Source of the DNA: a bacterium
GTDB lineage: Bacteria; SZUA-182; DTGQ01
Length of the DNA: 19,728 nucleotides
Direction: 5' to 3'
Assembly: GCA_040752695.1 (NCBI GenBank)
Contig: JBFMGO010000112.1
Span: forward strand, 1-19,728
Shown here: positions 1 to 8,249 of the stretch, one piece after another
How the letters are laid out: the number at the start of each line of letters is the position of its first letter
How positions within the stretch are numbered: position 1 is the stretch's first letter
Notes under the pieces: generated by a model
Seen by the model: only the letters and a program-made list of their open reading frames with translations
Database searches by the model: none
What the model was told of the DNA's origin: nothing
Position numbers and translations under genes: made by a program

Positions 1-670
1 TCAGCTCGATAGCATATCTCAAAGCAGTACGCGGCATTATCTTCTTATTTCTTACCACATAATCAAATACTTCCTTCTGGTGCAGCCTGCTCGCTTCTTT
101 GAGCAGCCATCCGTAACCTTTCTGTACCATATCATCCTTATCCGGCAATAGCAGTCCGGCTATCTCGAAAATATCTGCCAGGAACCTGCCTTGTCTTGCC
201 GGAATGATGAGCGACACTGCTGATGCTCTTTTCATCCAGCGGTTCTCTGATTGAGCCCAGGCCTTAAGCTCGTTGATCTTTTCCGGATATTTTTCTATGA
301 AGCTGCCGACAGTATGATTGCAAAGCGTATCACAGGAAGCCCAATTACTGATGTAATCTCGTATCCATCTGCCGAATAAGGTAATATCTTCCAGCTCACA
401 TCGTGTACAAACACGGTGTGACCAGTCACAGGCAATAAATGATTCTTCCATATAACCTGACTGGAATAGTTCTTCACATAAGGTAAACACCTCTGCCTTA
501 TCCAGCTTTTTTATCCCGTTGAAGTAATTTTTTGAAATCTTCCTGACAATGGCAGTCTTGATACCATAACATTTAATTTTTTCTTTGAAAAAGCGCTGAG
601 CTGTGTTCTTTGTGTGCTCATCACTATTTTCTTTGAGTTCTGACCTTATCGTATCTAGAATTTCAGCCAT
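1..670 (-). CDS. DNA alkylation repair protein (AlkD/HEAT-like family), 3' end beyond the left edge
   Basis: Absent from the ORF track; translated by hand from ATG at 670 (RBS GAGGGG upstream): MAEILDTIRSELKENSDEHTKNTAQRFFKEKIKCYGIKT...ISNWASCDTLC...WAQSENRWMKRASAVSL...DKDDMVQKGYGWLLKEAS...MPRTALRYAIEL. NWxxCD, RWxKRA, DMVQKGYGWLLKE and PRTALRYAIE are typical of this family. Frame stays open to the edge. Confidence 0.9.
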   Translation of the reverse strand, partial: MAEILDTIRSELKENSDEHTKNTAQRFFKEKIKCYGIKTAIVRKISKNYFNGIKKLDKAEVFTLCEELFQSGYMEESFIACDWSHRVCTRCELEDITLFGRWIRDYISNWASCDTLCNHTVGSFIEKYPEKINELKAWAQSENRWMKRASAVSLIIPARQGRFLADIFEIAGLLLPDKDDMVQKGYGWLLKEASRLHQKEVFDYVVRNKKIMPRTALRYAIEL

Positions 671-803
671 TTTTCCCCTCTTTATATACCTAACCCCACT
701 ATGCTCTTTTTCCTGAATGTCTTTCTTTTGCAGAATCTCTTCTTATCCGATATCTCTTTTTATCCAAGGTGGACTTCAGGGTTTTCATTGACATTATATC
801 AGG

Positions 804-1280
804 TCATTTGACCTGTGCAATAATTGCTACATGATTTTTCCCATATTTTTGAGCACATTTTGGGCAGGTCGTGTACCACATGTACCATTTATCGATACTC
901 AGATTTTTGCTTTTTGCATATGCTTCAAAATCCGTGCACCACTTATCTGTATCTTTATATGGGCCTTCGTAAACTTTGCTTAAGAATTTTCCGGTTAAAG
1001 TCACATTATCTGCACCGGGTATTTCCTTGTCAACAGCAAGGTAGAGGTCCATGTTCCACTTCGAAGTATGGTCTGAAAGGCAAAGCCAGTCAGGGATTTT
1101 GGCATTCGCTTTTTCCACTTTTTCATTAAGGCGTTTCATGGCACTGCCAAAATTCATAGGTATATGGAAGATGGTGAATACTCTATCCCTGATGAACTTC
1201 TTGTGTTCCCAGTCAAGCAGCTTTCCATCCCAGGGCTTAGGGTCGAATTTTGGGCAACATTCCTTGTTTTCTCTGTTCAT
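804..1280 (-). CDS. Conserved hypothetical protein (CCPxFDPxxWD ... YTTCPKC family; possibly GyrI-like fold)
   Basis: 158-aa ORF with RBS GAGGTG; N-terminal ECCPKFDPKPWD, central KVYEGPYKD and C-terminal YMWYTTCPKCAQKYGKN are motifs I recognise from a widespread uncharacterised family. Function not assignable. Confidence 0.75.
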   Translation of the reverse strand: MNRENKECCPKFDPKPWDGKLLDWEHKKFIRDRVFTIFHIPMNFGSAMKRLNEKVEKANAKIPDWLCLSDHTSKWNMDLYLAVDKEIPGADNVTLTGKFLSKVYEGPYKDTDKWCTDFEAYAKSKNLSIDKWYMWYTTCPKCAQKYGKNHVAIIAQVK

Positions 1281-1581
1281 GTTTTCACCTCAATAATCTT
1301 ATTTTGGGGGATCATAAATGCTCAAACCTGTTTGCCTACAATTTAGGCATTATCTCCTGGCTGATTTTTTTTGCCTATGCATAAACCTGCCAGAAAAATC
1401 GATACGAAGATCAAGAAGAAAGGCATCCATCAAGCATGAGCCTGTATAAATATTTTACCTGCTTCAACGAAGCAACTCAAGAAATAAGCACCATATTCCT
1501 GCTCAGGGGATTTTGCCGTTTTAGGGTGGCACAGTAATCTCATGGGCACTCCGCCTTTGGAATAAACAGCATTATTGGTTA

Positions 1582-1611
1582 TTGACAAGCATTTATGTTA
1601 CTATGTATAAG
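1582..1611 (+). promoter_or_regulatory. Candidate sigma70-type promoter upstream of the ECF sigma cluster
   Basis: Perfect TTGACA (1582-1587), 18-nt spacer, TATAAG (1606-1611); an overlapping extended -10-like TGtTACTAT lies at 1596-1604. Confidence 0.45.
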
Positions 1612-1770
1612 TATCTGGTGGTCTTAAGGAGGAGTGAGAGAGTGCAGCAGCATCTCAGAATAGTGTTTGTGGCATTCAGTCCCTCATATGCAAACAACTG
1701 GCTGGTTACTGCTTCTGTTTAACTGCTTTCGCTTCCTCCTTTAGTGAACTTCTCTTCAGTTTGCCAGGCT

Positions 1771-1902
1771 ATGGATAAGAGCAGTTATGGATAAGAGCAG
1801 TTATGGGTGATACTTCAGCTACGGATGATAGATACTTCAGCCATGGATGACACTTCAGCCATGGATAAGAACTTAAGATATGGATAATGATCATATATGA
1901 AT
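1771..1902 (+). repeat. Degenerate tandem repeat of 16-22 nt units starting ATGGAT-like, running into the sigma start codon
   Basis: Units start at 1771, 1787, 1803, 1821, 1843, 1861, 1880 and 1897 (e.g. atggataagagcagtt x2, atggatgacacttcagcc). Confidence 0.8.
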
Positions 1903-2535
1903 AACAACCAGAATATTCCTGATGCAGAACTTTTGCGTGAATGCTTAGAAGGTAAGGAATGGGCATGGAAAATGTTTCATACAAGATTTAATCCTGCTAT
2001 CCAGGCTGCTATCAACCTTACAGCGGATGCTCAGGGAGTTAAACTTGCCCGGGAAGAAAGAGAGGACTGCAAACAGTCTCTCTGGTTTTCGCTGATAAAA
2101 AACAATTATAAAAAATTAGGGAGTTACCGGGGGATTAATGGGTGTACTCTGCGTTCCTGGCTCTGGGTCTGCGCTGTTAACGAGACCCGTAATTATCTCA
2201 AAGAGCGAAAAAAACATGCGCACTCTTCCCTTGAGGATTCTTCATCTGGCGAGAATCAAGATAATTCTCCTTTAAACCTAAGCCAGGGCAGGGAAAGTAT
2301 TGAGGAGGAGATCGCCCAAAATGAGCTGTATGCGATAATTATCCATATCATTGAGGAGCATCTGACGACGCGGCAGAGACTCTTCGCTCAACTTTATTGG
2401 CTTGACGGGGCTTCTTTCGATGAGATTCGGCATATTATGCATCTTCAGGACCAGGAGCTTTACTTATTGAAGCACAGAACCCAGAAAAAAATTAAACAAA
2501 TCTTAAAAAAACATTTTTGTCCATTTGATGACTGA
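1897..2535 (+). CDS. ECF-type RNA polymerase sigma-70 family sigma factor
   Basis: 212 aa; N-terminal DAELLRECLEGKEWAW; region 2 (EDCKQSLWFSL...LRSWLWVCAVNETRNYLK); region 4 HTH (LTTRQRLFAQLYWLDGASFDEIRHIM...HRTQKKIKQIL); followed by an anti-sigma-like gene. Confidence 0.9.
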   Translation: MNNNQNIPDAELLRECLEGKEWAWKMFHTRFNPAIQAAINLTADAQGVKLAREEREDCKQSLWFSLIKNNYKKLGSYRGINGCTLRSWLWVCAVNETRNYLKERKKHAHSSLEDSSSGENQDNSPLNLSQGRESIEEEIAQNELYAIIIHIIEEHLTTRQRLFAQLYWLDGASFDEIRHIMHLQDQELYLLKHRTQKKIKQILKKHFCPFDD

Positions 2536-2543
2536 AATGTAAG

Positions 2544-2570
2544 TGAAAGAAAAATGATTTCCTTTTGTCT
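2544..2570 (+). promoter_or_regulatory. Putative ECF promoter TGAAAGA-N15-TGTC (copy A) upstream of the anti-sigma gene
   Basis: TGAAAGA 2544-2550, 15-nt spacer, TGTC 2566-2569; same motif and spacing at 13676, 15839 and 19106. Confidence 0.6.
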
Positions 2571-2618
2571 ATTCTCATTGATACCTTACATTAAGCATCA
2601 TGCTCCTTAACCTGAACT

Positions 2619-3302
2619 ATGAGGGTTACTATGGAAGAAAAGAAATTTGATAAGTTAATGAGGGATGCTTTTTCCTGGACGAACAGTCAGAGGGAAAAAG
2701 GTAATGACCTGAAAGGCAAGGTTAAGGCAGAAAAGTGTTTTTCTGAAGAAACTCTTTCTGACTATCTGGCTTCTCGCCTTCCTGCTGCTGAACGGGAGGA
2801 AGTTGAAGAGCATCTTTCCTTTTGCTCTGACTGCCGCCAGCTATCGATCACGTTAATCAGAGTGGAAATGAGGAGCAAAATCTGGAGAGTCGCATTAGCC
2901 TGGGTTAAGGGCCAGCTTGTTTCACTGCAAGCAGATGCAGACCCCTTCTCCTTTCAGAATGGCCCTGAACCAGTTCTGGTAAGAGGTCATTCCCCTCAGT
3001 CGGAAACATATTCAATGCCATCATTCTCCAAAATTATCCATGGCTATAGGATTACGGCTCAGATCGAAGGGGAAGAAGGGATATGTGAGCTTTATCTTGA
3101 TGTTTCACCGCCAGCCGGTCAAAGCCTGGGGCCAGGGATGAGAGTTGATCTTTACCGGGCCGATCGGATCCGCCGTTCTTACTCAATGGAAGAAGGCGCA
3201 GTCCGGATAAGTGCAATTTCCCCTGGAGAATATGAAATAAAGGTTCGGGGAGGATCGCATCTGATTGCACTTCTGTCATTGAGTATTAAAGACACTGATT
3301 AA
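2619..3302 (+). CDS. zf-HC2 (ZAS-type) anti-sigma factor, apparently soluble, with C-terminal beta-sandwich domain
   Basis: CFSEETLSDYLASRLPAAEREEVEEHLSFCSDC fits Cx..HxxxCxxC; no convincing TM helix; C-terminal GMRVDLY...GAVRISAISPGEYEIKV resembles a transthyretin/carboxypeptidase-regulatory-like sandwich. Start may be ATG 2631 (GAGGG upstream). Confidence 0.85.
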   Translation: MRVTMEEKKFDKLMRDAFSWTNSQREKGNDLKGKVKAEKCFSEETLSDYLASRLPAAEREEVEEHLSFCSDCRQLSITLIRVEMRSKIWRVALAWVKGQLVSLQADADPFSFQNGPEPVLVRGHSPQSETYSMPSFSKIIHGYRITAQIEGEEGICELYLDVSPPAGQSLGPGMRVDLYRADRIRRSYSMEEGAVRISAISPGEYEIKVRGGSHLIALLSLSIKDTD

Positions 3303-3340
3303 TAAAGATACTGATTAGTAAAGACATTGAATAGTAAAGA
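3287..3340 (+). repeat. 16-nt tandem repeat (3+ copies) including the anti-sigma stop codon
   Basis: taaagacactgattaa / taaagatactgattag / taaagacattgaatag / taaaga. Confidence 0.85.
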
Positions 3341-3351
3341 GGGCTCAAGGA

Positions 3352-3440
3352 GTGAAGATGGGTGGAAAAAAAGTGAAGATGGGTGGAAAGAAGGTGGAGA
3401 TGCGCGGAGAGGAAGTGGAGATGCGCGGAAAGGAAGTGAA
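3352..3440 (+). repeat. 21-nt purine-rich tandem repeat (4+ copies) between the anti-sigma and CHAT genes
   Basis: gtgaagatgggtggaaaaaaa / gtgaagatgggtggaaagaag / gtggagatgcgcggagaggaa / gtggagatgcgcggaaaggaa. Confidence 0.85.
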
Positions 3441-3472
3441 CGGGAGATGCGGAGTAAAAGAGAAGGCAGAAG

Positions 3473-5662
3473 ATGATCACGGATGGTTTTCCAGTCAAAG
3501 ATAAGCCCGAAAAAGCGCTCTGCCTCAGAATTTCCAGCAATGGTCAGGAGTTGAAAATAACCCTCGAAGAGAAATCCCAGAGAGAGGAGCGCCCCTTAAA
3601 GCAATATGTTCCGGCTCTCATTAACCTGAGCGACCTTCAGTCGCTTTCTCAGAAGGCATTCTCCATTCTTCATCGGCATACTTATTCAGGAAAGAACAGT
3701 AAGGGGTGTGAGCAGCGGCTCAAAGCAGTAGGGCAGGATTTATACGATTCTCTTTTTCCCTTCCCGATTAAGGAAAGGCTGGCTTCAGCAGGAGCGGGGA
3801 ACTTATGCCTGGATGTCGATGATTCCCTGGTGGGGATACCCTGGGAAATCCTGCATGACGGTGAGGAGTTCTTTTGCCTTCAGTTCAACATGGGCCGGTC
3901 AGTCACTACTACCCAGTCTGTTCGCCAGCCTCAAGACCGGCATTCCGGGGCCGGAATCAGGATGCTGATACTGGCCGACCCAAAAGGAGATCTGCCAAGC
4001 GCCTATCAAGAGGGGTGGTTTCTTTGGCAAAAGCTCGATACCTGGAGTGATTCTCTCAAGGTTCTTTCTATGACATCCGGTATAACCTCTCAAGAGGTTC
4101 TTCGCCAGATTTCCCAGTGTGAGATGCTTCATTACGCCGGGCATGCTATCTATAACCAGGAGAATCCCGGCCTGAGCGGCTGGTGTCTTCAGGATAGAGT
4201 TTTGACTGCACAGGATATTATCCAAACCGCCGGGGGAAAAAAATCCTTTCCCTCCCTGATCTTCTCCAATGCCTGCCGAAGCGGACAGACCGCTGCCTGG
4301 CCCTCCGCAGAGCCTGACCAGTGGTTTCATCATGCTTCCGATCTGGTCAATGCCTTCCTAAGATGTGGAGTCCAGCATTATATCGGTACTTTCCAGGATA
4401 TTGCCGACCCGGCCAGCCGTGCTCTGGCCCTCTCCTTTTACCAATTCATGATGAAATCCTGCTCCATAGGGGAGTCTCTTCGCCAGGCCAGGCTGAAGAT
4501 TATCGATACATACGGACGGGATAATCTCATCTGGGCCTATTATATGCTCTACGGCGATCCGATGACCCGCTATTTGAAAAGGCAGGAAGAGGAGCCAAAG
4601 CCTGAACCGGCTCATTATGTGGACAGCGGGGACCTGATTGAGTCGCCTGAACCTTTTCCAAGAGGAGCACCGGACGGAGAAGTGCCATATGGAGGAGCGC
4701 CAGGCGGAGAAGCACCGGAGGGAGGATCGCAGGGCGGAAAGGCACCGGACAAAGGGGTGCTGCATGGAGGAGCACCAGAGGAAGGAACCTCGGACGAAAG
4801 GACTCCCCCTGATATCAGGCCGGATTATGCACCACCGGTCTCACAGCTACACGGTCAGGGAAATGAAAAGGGAGGGGGGCAAGGAAAACGGATATCGTGG
4901 GCACTGCCTCTGGCTGGGGGAGGAGTCTTAATCCTTGGCCTTCTTCTTATCGGAGCTTGGCTTCAGGGAACACGGCTTCAGGGAACGCGGCTTCAGGGAG
5001 CATTGCTACAGAGAACCAATCATCCCATTCATGTCACTGATTCTTCAAACTCCGGCTATGAGCCATGGGAAGAGAAGAAGTGGGAATTTGTCCGTGATAC
5101 GCTTTTGAATCTGCAGCAAAGGTACGCTGATTGGAAAGTTCCTGGAAGCAGCTCTTCTCAGGATGCCCCTCTTACTCTCTGTATTGTTTCGGCTGTACCT
5201 GAGGGGATGAACGATCAGGAGGTAGACAGCCGGTTGACTGATGAGCGATTGACTGATGAGCGGCTGACTGATCAGTTAATCGAAGAGTTGCATCTTTTTT
5301 GGATTCATCAAACAGGATTTCGGGTCGTAGAGAGAGACCGGCTGGATTTTGTACTGAGGGAGCTGGATGTGGCAACTTCAAAAGTAAGTGAGCCGAGGTT
5401 ACAATTTGCTCTGGGGAAGATTTTTGGAGCCAGGGGGATCTTGTTTGTCCGGGTTATCCCCAGGATCAACAGGTTTTCCCTCTCCCCTTTGAGCCGCAAG
5501 GCGGAAGTTTATCTGCGCTACGTAGACACCGAAACTGCTGTCATCCAGGCTATGGCTGCTGCATCCATCAAGGGTAGCGATGACCTGAAGAGAATCAGTC
5601 AAACCCTTGGAGAAGAAATTCTGCATAGCCTGCCGACAGCCCATAACCACTCCCTCTTCTAA
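3473..5662 (+). CDS. Membrane-anchored CHAT-domain (caspase-like, clan CD) protease with C-terminal CsgG-like domain
   Basis: CHAT motifs LVGIPWEILHDG, MLILADPKGDLPSAYQE, LHYAGHA (His224), IFSNACRSG (Cys268), IGESLRQAR, WAYYMLYGDP; Gly/Pro repeat linker; hydrophobic helix ISWALPLAGGGVLILGLLLIGAWL (~aa 474-497); C-terminal GFRVVERDRLDFVLREL...LGKIFGARGIL...RYVDTETAVI is CsgG/TolB-N-like. Confidence 0.88.
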   Translation: MITDGFPVKDKPEKALCLRISSNGQELKITLEEKSQREERPLKQYVPALINLSDLQSLSQKAFSILHRHTYSGKNSKGCEQRLKAVGQDLYDSLFPFPIKERLASAGAGNLCLDVDDSLVGIPWEILHDGEEFFCLQFNMGRSVTTTQSVRQPQDRHSGAGIRMLILADPKGDLPSAYQEGWFLWQKLDTWSDSLKVLSMTSGITSQEVLRQISQCEMLHYAGHAIYNQENPGLSGWCLQDRVLTAQDIIQTAGGKKSFPSLIFSNACRSGQTAAWPSAEPDQWFHHASDLVNAFLRCGVQHYIGTFQDIADPASRALALSFYQFMMKSCSIGESLRQARLKIIDTYGRDNLIWAYYMLYGDPMTRYLKRQEEEPKPEPAHYVDSGDLIESPEPFPRGAPDGEVPYGGAPGGEAPEGGSQGGKAPDKGVLHGGAPEEGTSDERTPPDIRPDYAPPVSQLHGQGNEKGGGQGKRISWALPLAGGGVLILGLLLIGAWLQGTRLQGTRLQGALLQRTNHPIHVTDSSNSGYEPWEEKKWEFVRDTLLNLQQRYADWKVPGSSSSQDAPLTLCIVSAVPEGMNDQEVDSRLTDERLTDERLTDQLIEELHLFWIHQTGFRVVERDRLDFVLRELDVATSKVSEPRLQFALGKIFGARGILFVRVIPRINRFSLSPLSRKAEVYLRYVDTETAVIQAMAAASIKGSDDLKRISQTLGEEILHSLPTAHNHSLF
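4664..4812 (+). repeat. 15-nt (5-aa) period repeat in the CHAT linker
   Basis: GAPDG EVPYG GAPGG EAPEG GSQGG KAPDK GVLHG GAPEE; further 15-nt repeats encode LQGTR (~4961-5005) and RLTDE (~5231-5275). Confidence 0.75.
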
Positions 5663-5712
5663 AGAGGAATGGGGGGTATTAACATAAAATATACCTGTAG
5701 AAGTAAGATAAA

Positions 5713-8202
5713 ATGAAAAAATCCATGAGGATCAATCACCTCTGTACATCTTCTCTGTGCGTACTCATCCTCTGCCTGGTCTTCTGGAGCTTTGTTTTCA
5801 CCGGCTGTGCTCTCCATCCGCCTGAACCTTGTCTCAAGGAGGGCCGTATCTATGGATTGACCGATGACTGGATCATAAGCCAGGACTGGGATAGCTGTTA
5901 CCGCCGGGCGATTTCCTATGCTCAGGGCGGGTGCCGTGAGCAGGCTATGGACCAGTTTCTTCAGGCCATCCGGCAGAGGCCGGATGATCAGTGGCGAGCC
6001 CGGACCTATGGCATGCACGTTCTGAATGAATATTTTCCCCATCGGGAGTTGGGGCTTCTCTACCTCCAACAGGACGATCTAAAGGAGGCTATCAGGGAAC
6101 TTTCGATCTCATTGAGCTCGGCAGATTCAGCCAAAGCCAAGTACTACCTCAATCAGGCTCGCAGGCGATGGCTTGAAAAGACAGGCATGGACCATTTCCC
6201 TCCGGGATTCCGGTTCCCGTGGCAAGGTGCAAGAAAAGTTGAAGCGGTTAGCGACAGCGAAGCTTTTAGCGAGAGCAAAGAGATTGGCGAGAGCGAAGCG
6301 GTTGGTGATAGCGAAAAGATTGAAGAGAGCGAAGCGGCTGGCGAGAGCGAGGAGGTTGAAGAGAGCGGGATGATATATACCAACAGTTCTGCCTATCAGA
6401 TCAATGGCCAGGCTGTAGACGATTTCTTTGTCTCTTCGATTCTGGTCGATGATCAACCTCTCTTCCTTGATCTTGCCCAGCCTGCAATCAGTTTTAAAAA
6501 GGAGGTAGCTCTTAAACCGGGCCTTAACCGCTTTCCCATGAAGGTAATAGATCTGGTTGGGCGTACGTATCAGGAGGAGGTCCTGATTTTTCTGGATCAG
6601 CAGGGGCCGACCGTTATCTTCAGTCCGGCGCATTTTCCGGAAAGACCTCCGGAGCATCTTGCGGAAAGACCCGGCCCCGGCAGTTCATCGTCAGTGAAGC
6701 AGGTTCCTGGTGGAGGGGGAATGCGGATCAGGGGCTTGATCTTTGATGATGGCGGCCTGGCAAGGCTGACAGTCGCCGGGGAAGATATCCCTCTGGTTCG
6801 GGGGTTGAGAATGAAAGAGTTTCAGGTAGAGACATCTTCCCTGCTCAGCGCAGCCGGAAGGGCAACCTTCTGGGCCGCGGATCTGGCAGGTAATATTACC
6901 AGCGGAGATTTATCCTGGATAGAGGATAGAAAGGATAGAGGGGATAGAGAGGATAGAGAAGATAGAGTGCACAGAGAAGATAGAGAGGGTAGAGAGTATA
7001 GAGAAGAGCATAGAGAACACGGAGAGAATACCGGCCAGCCTGTTATGGTTGCGGATAATAGTCCATTTCTGCCCCTGCCTGTTAAGGGAGAACTGTCCGG
7101 TGCATCACAGAAGGCTCCCGAAATCTTCATCAGCGAGTTTCCGTCCATCGTTTTTCAGCCGAGGGCAGTCATTCAAGGATGGATCGAATCAACCAGAGAG
7201 ATTACCGGATTGTGGATCAATGAGCAGCCCGTATTCACGAGTCATGATGCTGCGGGCCTTTTCCAGACCTTGCGGCGGCTGTGGTATGGGGAAAGAACCC
7301 TCTTTTATTTTACCCGCCTCATCGATGGATTGAAAGAGGGAGAGAATCGCCTGACTATCAGGGCACATGATAAAGAGGGCAGATCAGCCAGCAAAGACAT
7401 CATGATGGAATATCATATTCGGGAGATTGACCGGATCGGGAATCGATGGTGTCTGGCTATACTCCCCTTCACCGGACAGGCAAACGAGCCGCCTTTTTTG
7501 GCTGATCCCTTGCCAGCTTCCTTCACCTCGCTTCATGATGGTCTCCACCTTTCCTTTTTCCGAACCGGGCGCTTTAGCCTGGTGGAACGGGGAAGGATCG
7601 ATGCGGTTATGCGCGAACTGGAGCTCCAGTCAAGTGAGGCGGTGGATAGAACGAGCGGGCCCCGGCTGGGAAATCTCCTCGCTGCTGAGGTTTTACTGAT
7701 GGGTTCTTTCCGGGAAGAATGGGATGGCCGGGACCGGTGCATGGAGATTATTGCCCGGCTGGTGGATGTAGAGACAAGCCGGGAACTGGCAGTCAAGAGC
7801 GTCTATAACCGATGGAAGAGCAGCCAGGATGAAAAGTACCTGCTGTCTGGACTGGCTCAGGTTTTTCAGCAGGAGTTCCCTCTATCGCAGGGAAAGGTTT
7901 TGGACAAGAACCGGCAAACTTTTCAGATCAGCATGTGTTCCGCCGACTTGATCAAGCAGGGGATGAAGGTCCTGGTGTTCCGTCCGACGGAAGATTCTCC
8001 AAAAGATCTTTATGAGGGAGGGAGCCAACAGGGGAAAAATCGTCACGAGGGGGGCCATCCCCCTCCGGAAGGGAAAGCCCGCCAGATTATTCTGGGTGAG
8101 GCAAGGATCGAAGAGGTGGCAGATTATTTTTCGCTGGCTCAGCCCTCACTCGAAGGGCTTCTGAAAACAATCCGGATTGGGGACCTGGTGGTTACGAAGT
8201 AA
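5713..8202 (+). CDS. Lipoprotein with TPR, Ig-like repeats, CsgG-like and FlgT-C-like domains
   Basis: Signal peptide with lipobox VFTG-C (Cys31); TPR-like helices around ARTYGMH...YFPHRELG; beta-sandwich segments (LKPGLNRFPMKVIDLVG, LKEGENRLTIRAHDKEG); CsgG-like LAILPF...FSLVERGRIDAVMRELEL...LGNLLAAEVLLMGS...RLVDVET; terminal beta domain ending IRIGDLVVTK. Internal 18-nt (~6241-6366) and 9-nt (~6919-7020) repeats encode acidic and xDR linkers. Confidence 0.8.
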   Translation: MKKSMRINHLCTSSLCVLILCLVFWSFVFTGCALHPPEPCLKEGRIYGLTDDWIISQDWDSCYRRAISYAQGGCREQAMDQFLQAIRQRPDDQWRARTYGMHVLNEYFPHRELGLLYLQQDDLKEAIRELSISLSSADSAKAKYYLNQARRRWLEKTGMDHFPPGFRFPWQGARKVEAVSDSEAFSESKEIGESEAVGDSEKIEESEAAGESEEVEESGMIYTNSSAYQINGQAVDDFFVSSILVDDQPLFLDLAQPAISFKKEVALKPGLNRFPMKVIDLVGRTYQEEVLIFLDQQGPTVIFSPAHFPERPPEHLAERPGPGSSSSVKQVPGGGGMRIRGLIFDDGGLARLTVAGEDIPLVRGLRMKEFQVETSSLLSAAGRATFWAADLAGNITSGDLSWIEDRKDRGDREDREDRVHREDREGREYREEHREHGENTGQPVMVADNSPFLPLPVKGELSGASQKAPEIFISEFPSIVFQPRAVIQGWIESTREITGLWINEQPVFTSHDAAGLFQTLRRLWYGERTLFYFTRLIDGLKEGENRLTIRAHDKEGRSASKDIMMEYHIREIDRIGNRWCLAILPFTGQANEPPFLADPLPASFTSLHDGLHLSFFRTGRFSLVERGRIDAVMRELELQSSEAVDRTSGPRLGNLLAAEVLLMGSFREEWDGRDRCMEIIARLVDVETSRELAVKSVYNRWKSSQDEKYLLSGLAQVFQQEFPLSQGKVLDKNRQTFQISMCSADLIKQGMKVLVFRPTEDSPKDLYEGGSQQGKNRHEGGHPPPEGKARQIILGEARIEEVADYFSLAQPSLEGLLKTIRIGDLVVTK

Positions 8203-8204
8203 GG

Positions 8205-8243
8205 GAGGAAGAAGAGTGAGTGATTTCTCCATACTTCTTCCTC
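8205..8243. terminator. Inverted repeat between convergent genes, possible bidirectional terminator
   Basis: GAGGAAGAAG (8205-8214) and CTTCTTCCTC (8234-8243) are perfect complements in the gap between two stop codons; no clear U-tract. Confidence 0.5.
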
Positions 8244-8249
8244 ATGTCT

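Noticed and set aside
1693..1765. c-di-GMP-I riboswitch on the minus strand (GGCAAAC...GCGAAAGC...AGCCAGTTG)
   Set aside because: Some words match, but the P2 GNRA hairpin, GACGCAAA junction and P3 pairing do not fit; an Rfam cmscan would settle it.
1771..3440. Short repeat arrays as CRISPR
   Set aside because: Units abut without unique spacers and are degenerate; no cas genes in the window.
1897..5662. Type III-E Craspase (Csx29/Csx30/sigma) locus
   Set aside because: No Cas7-11, Cas10, SAVED domain or array; this CHAT protein is TM-anchored and lacks N-terminal TPRs. Used only as an analogy.
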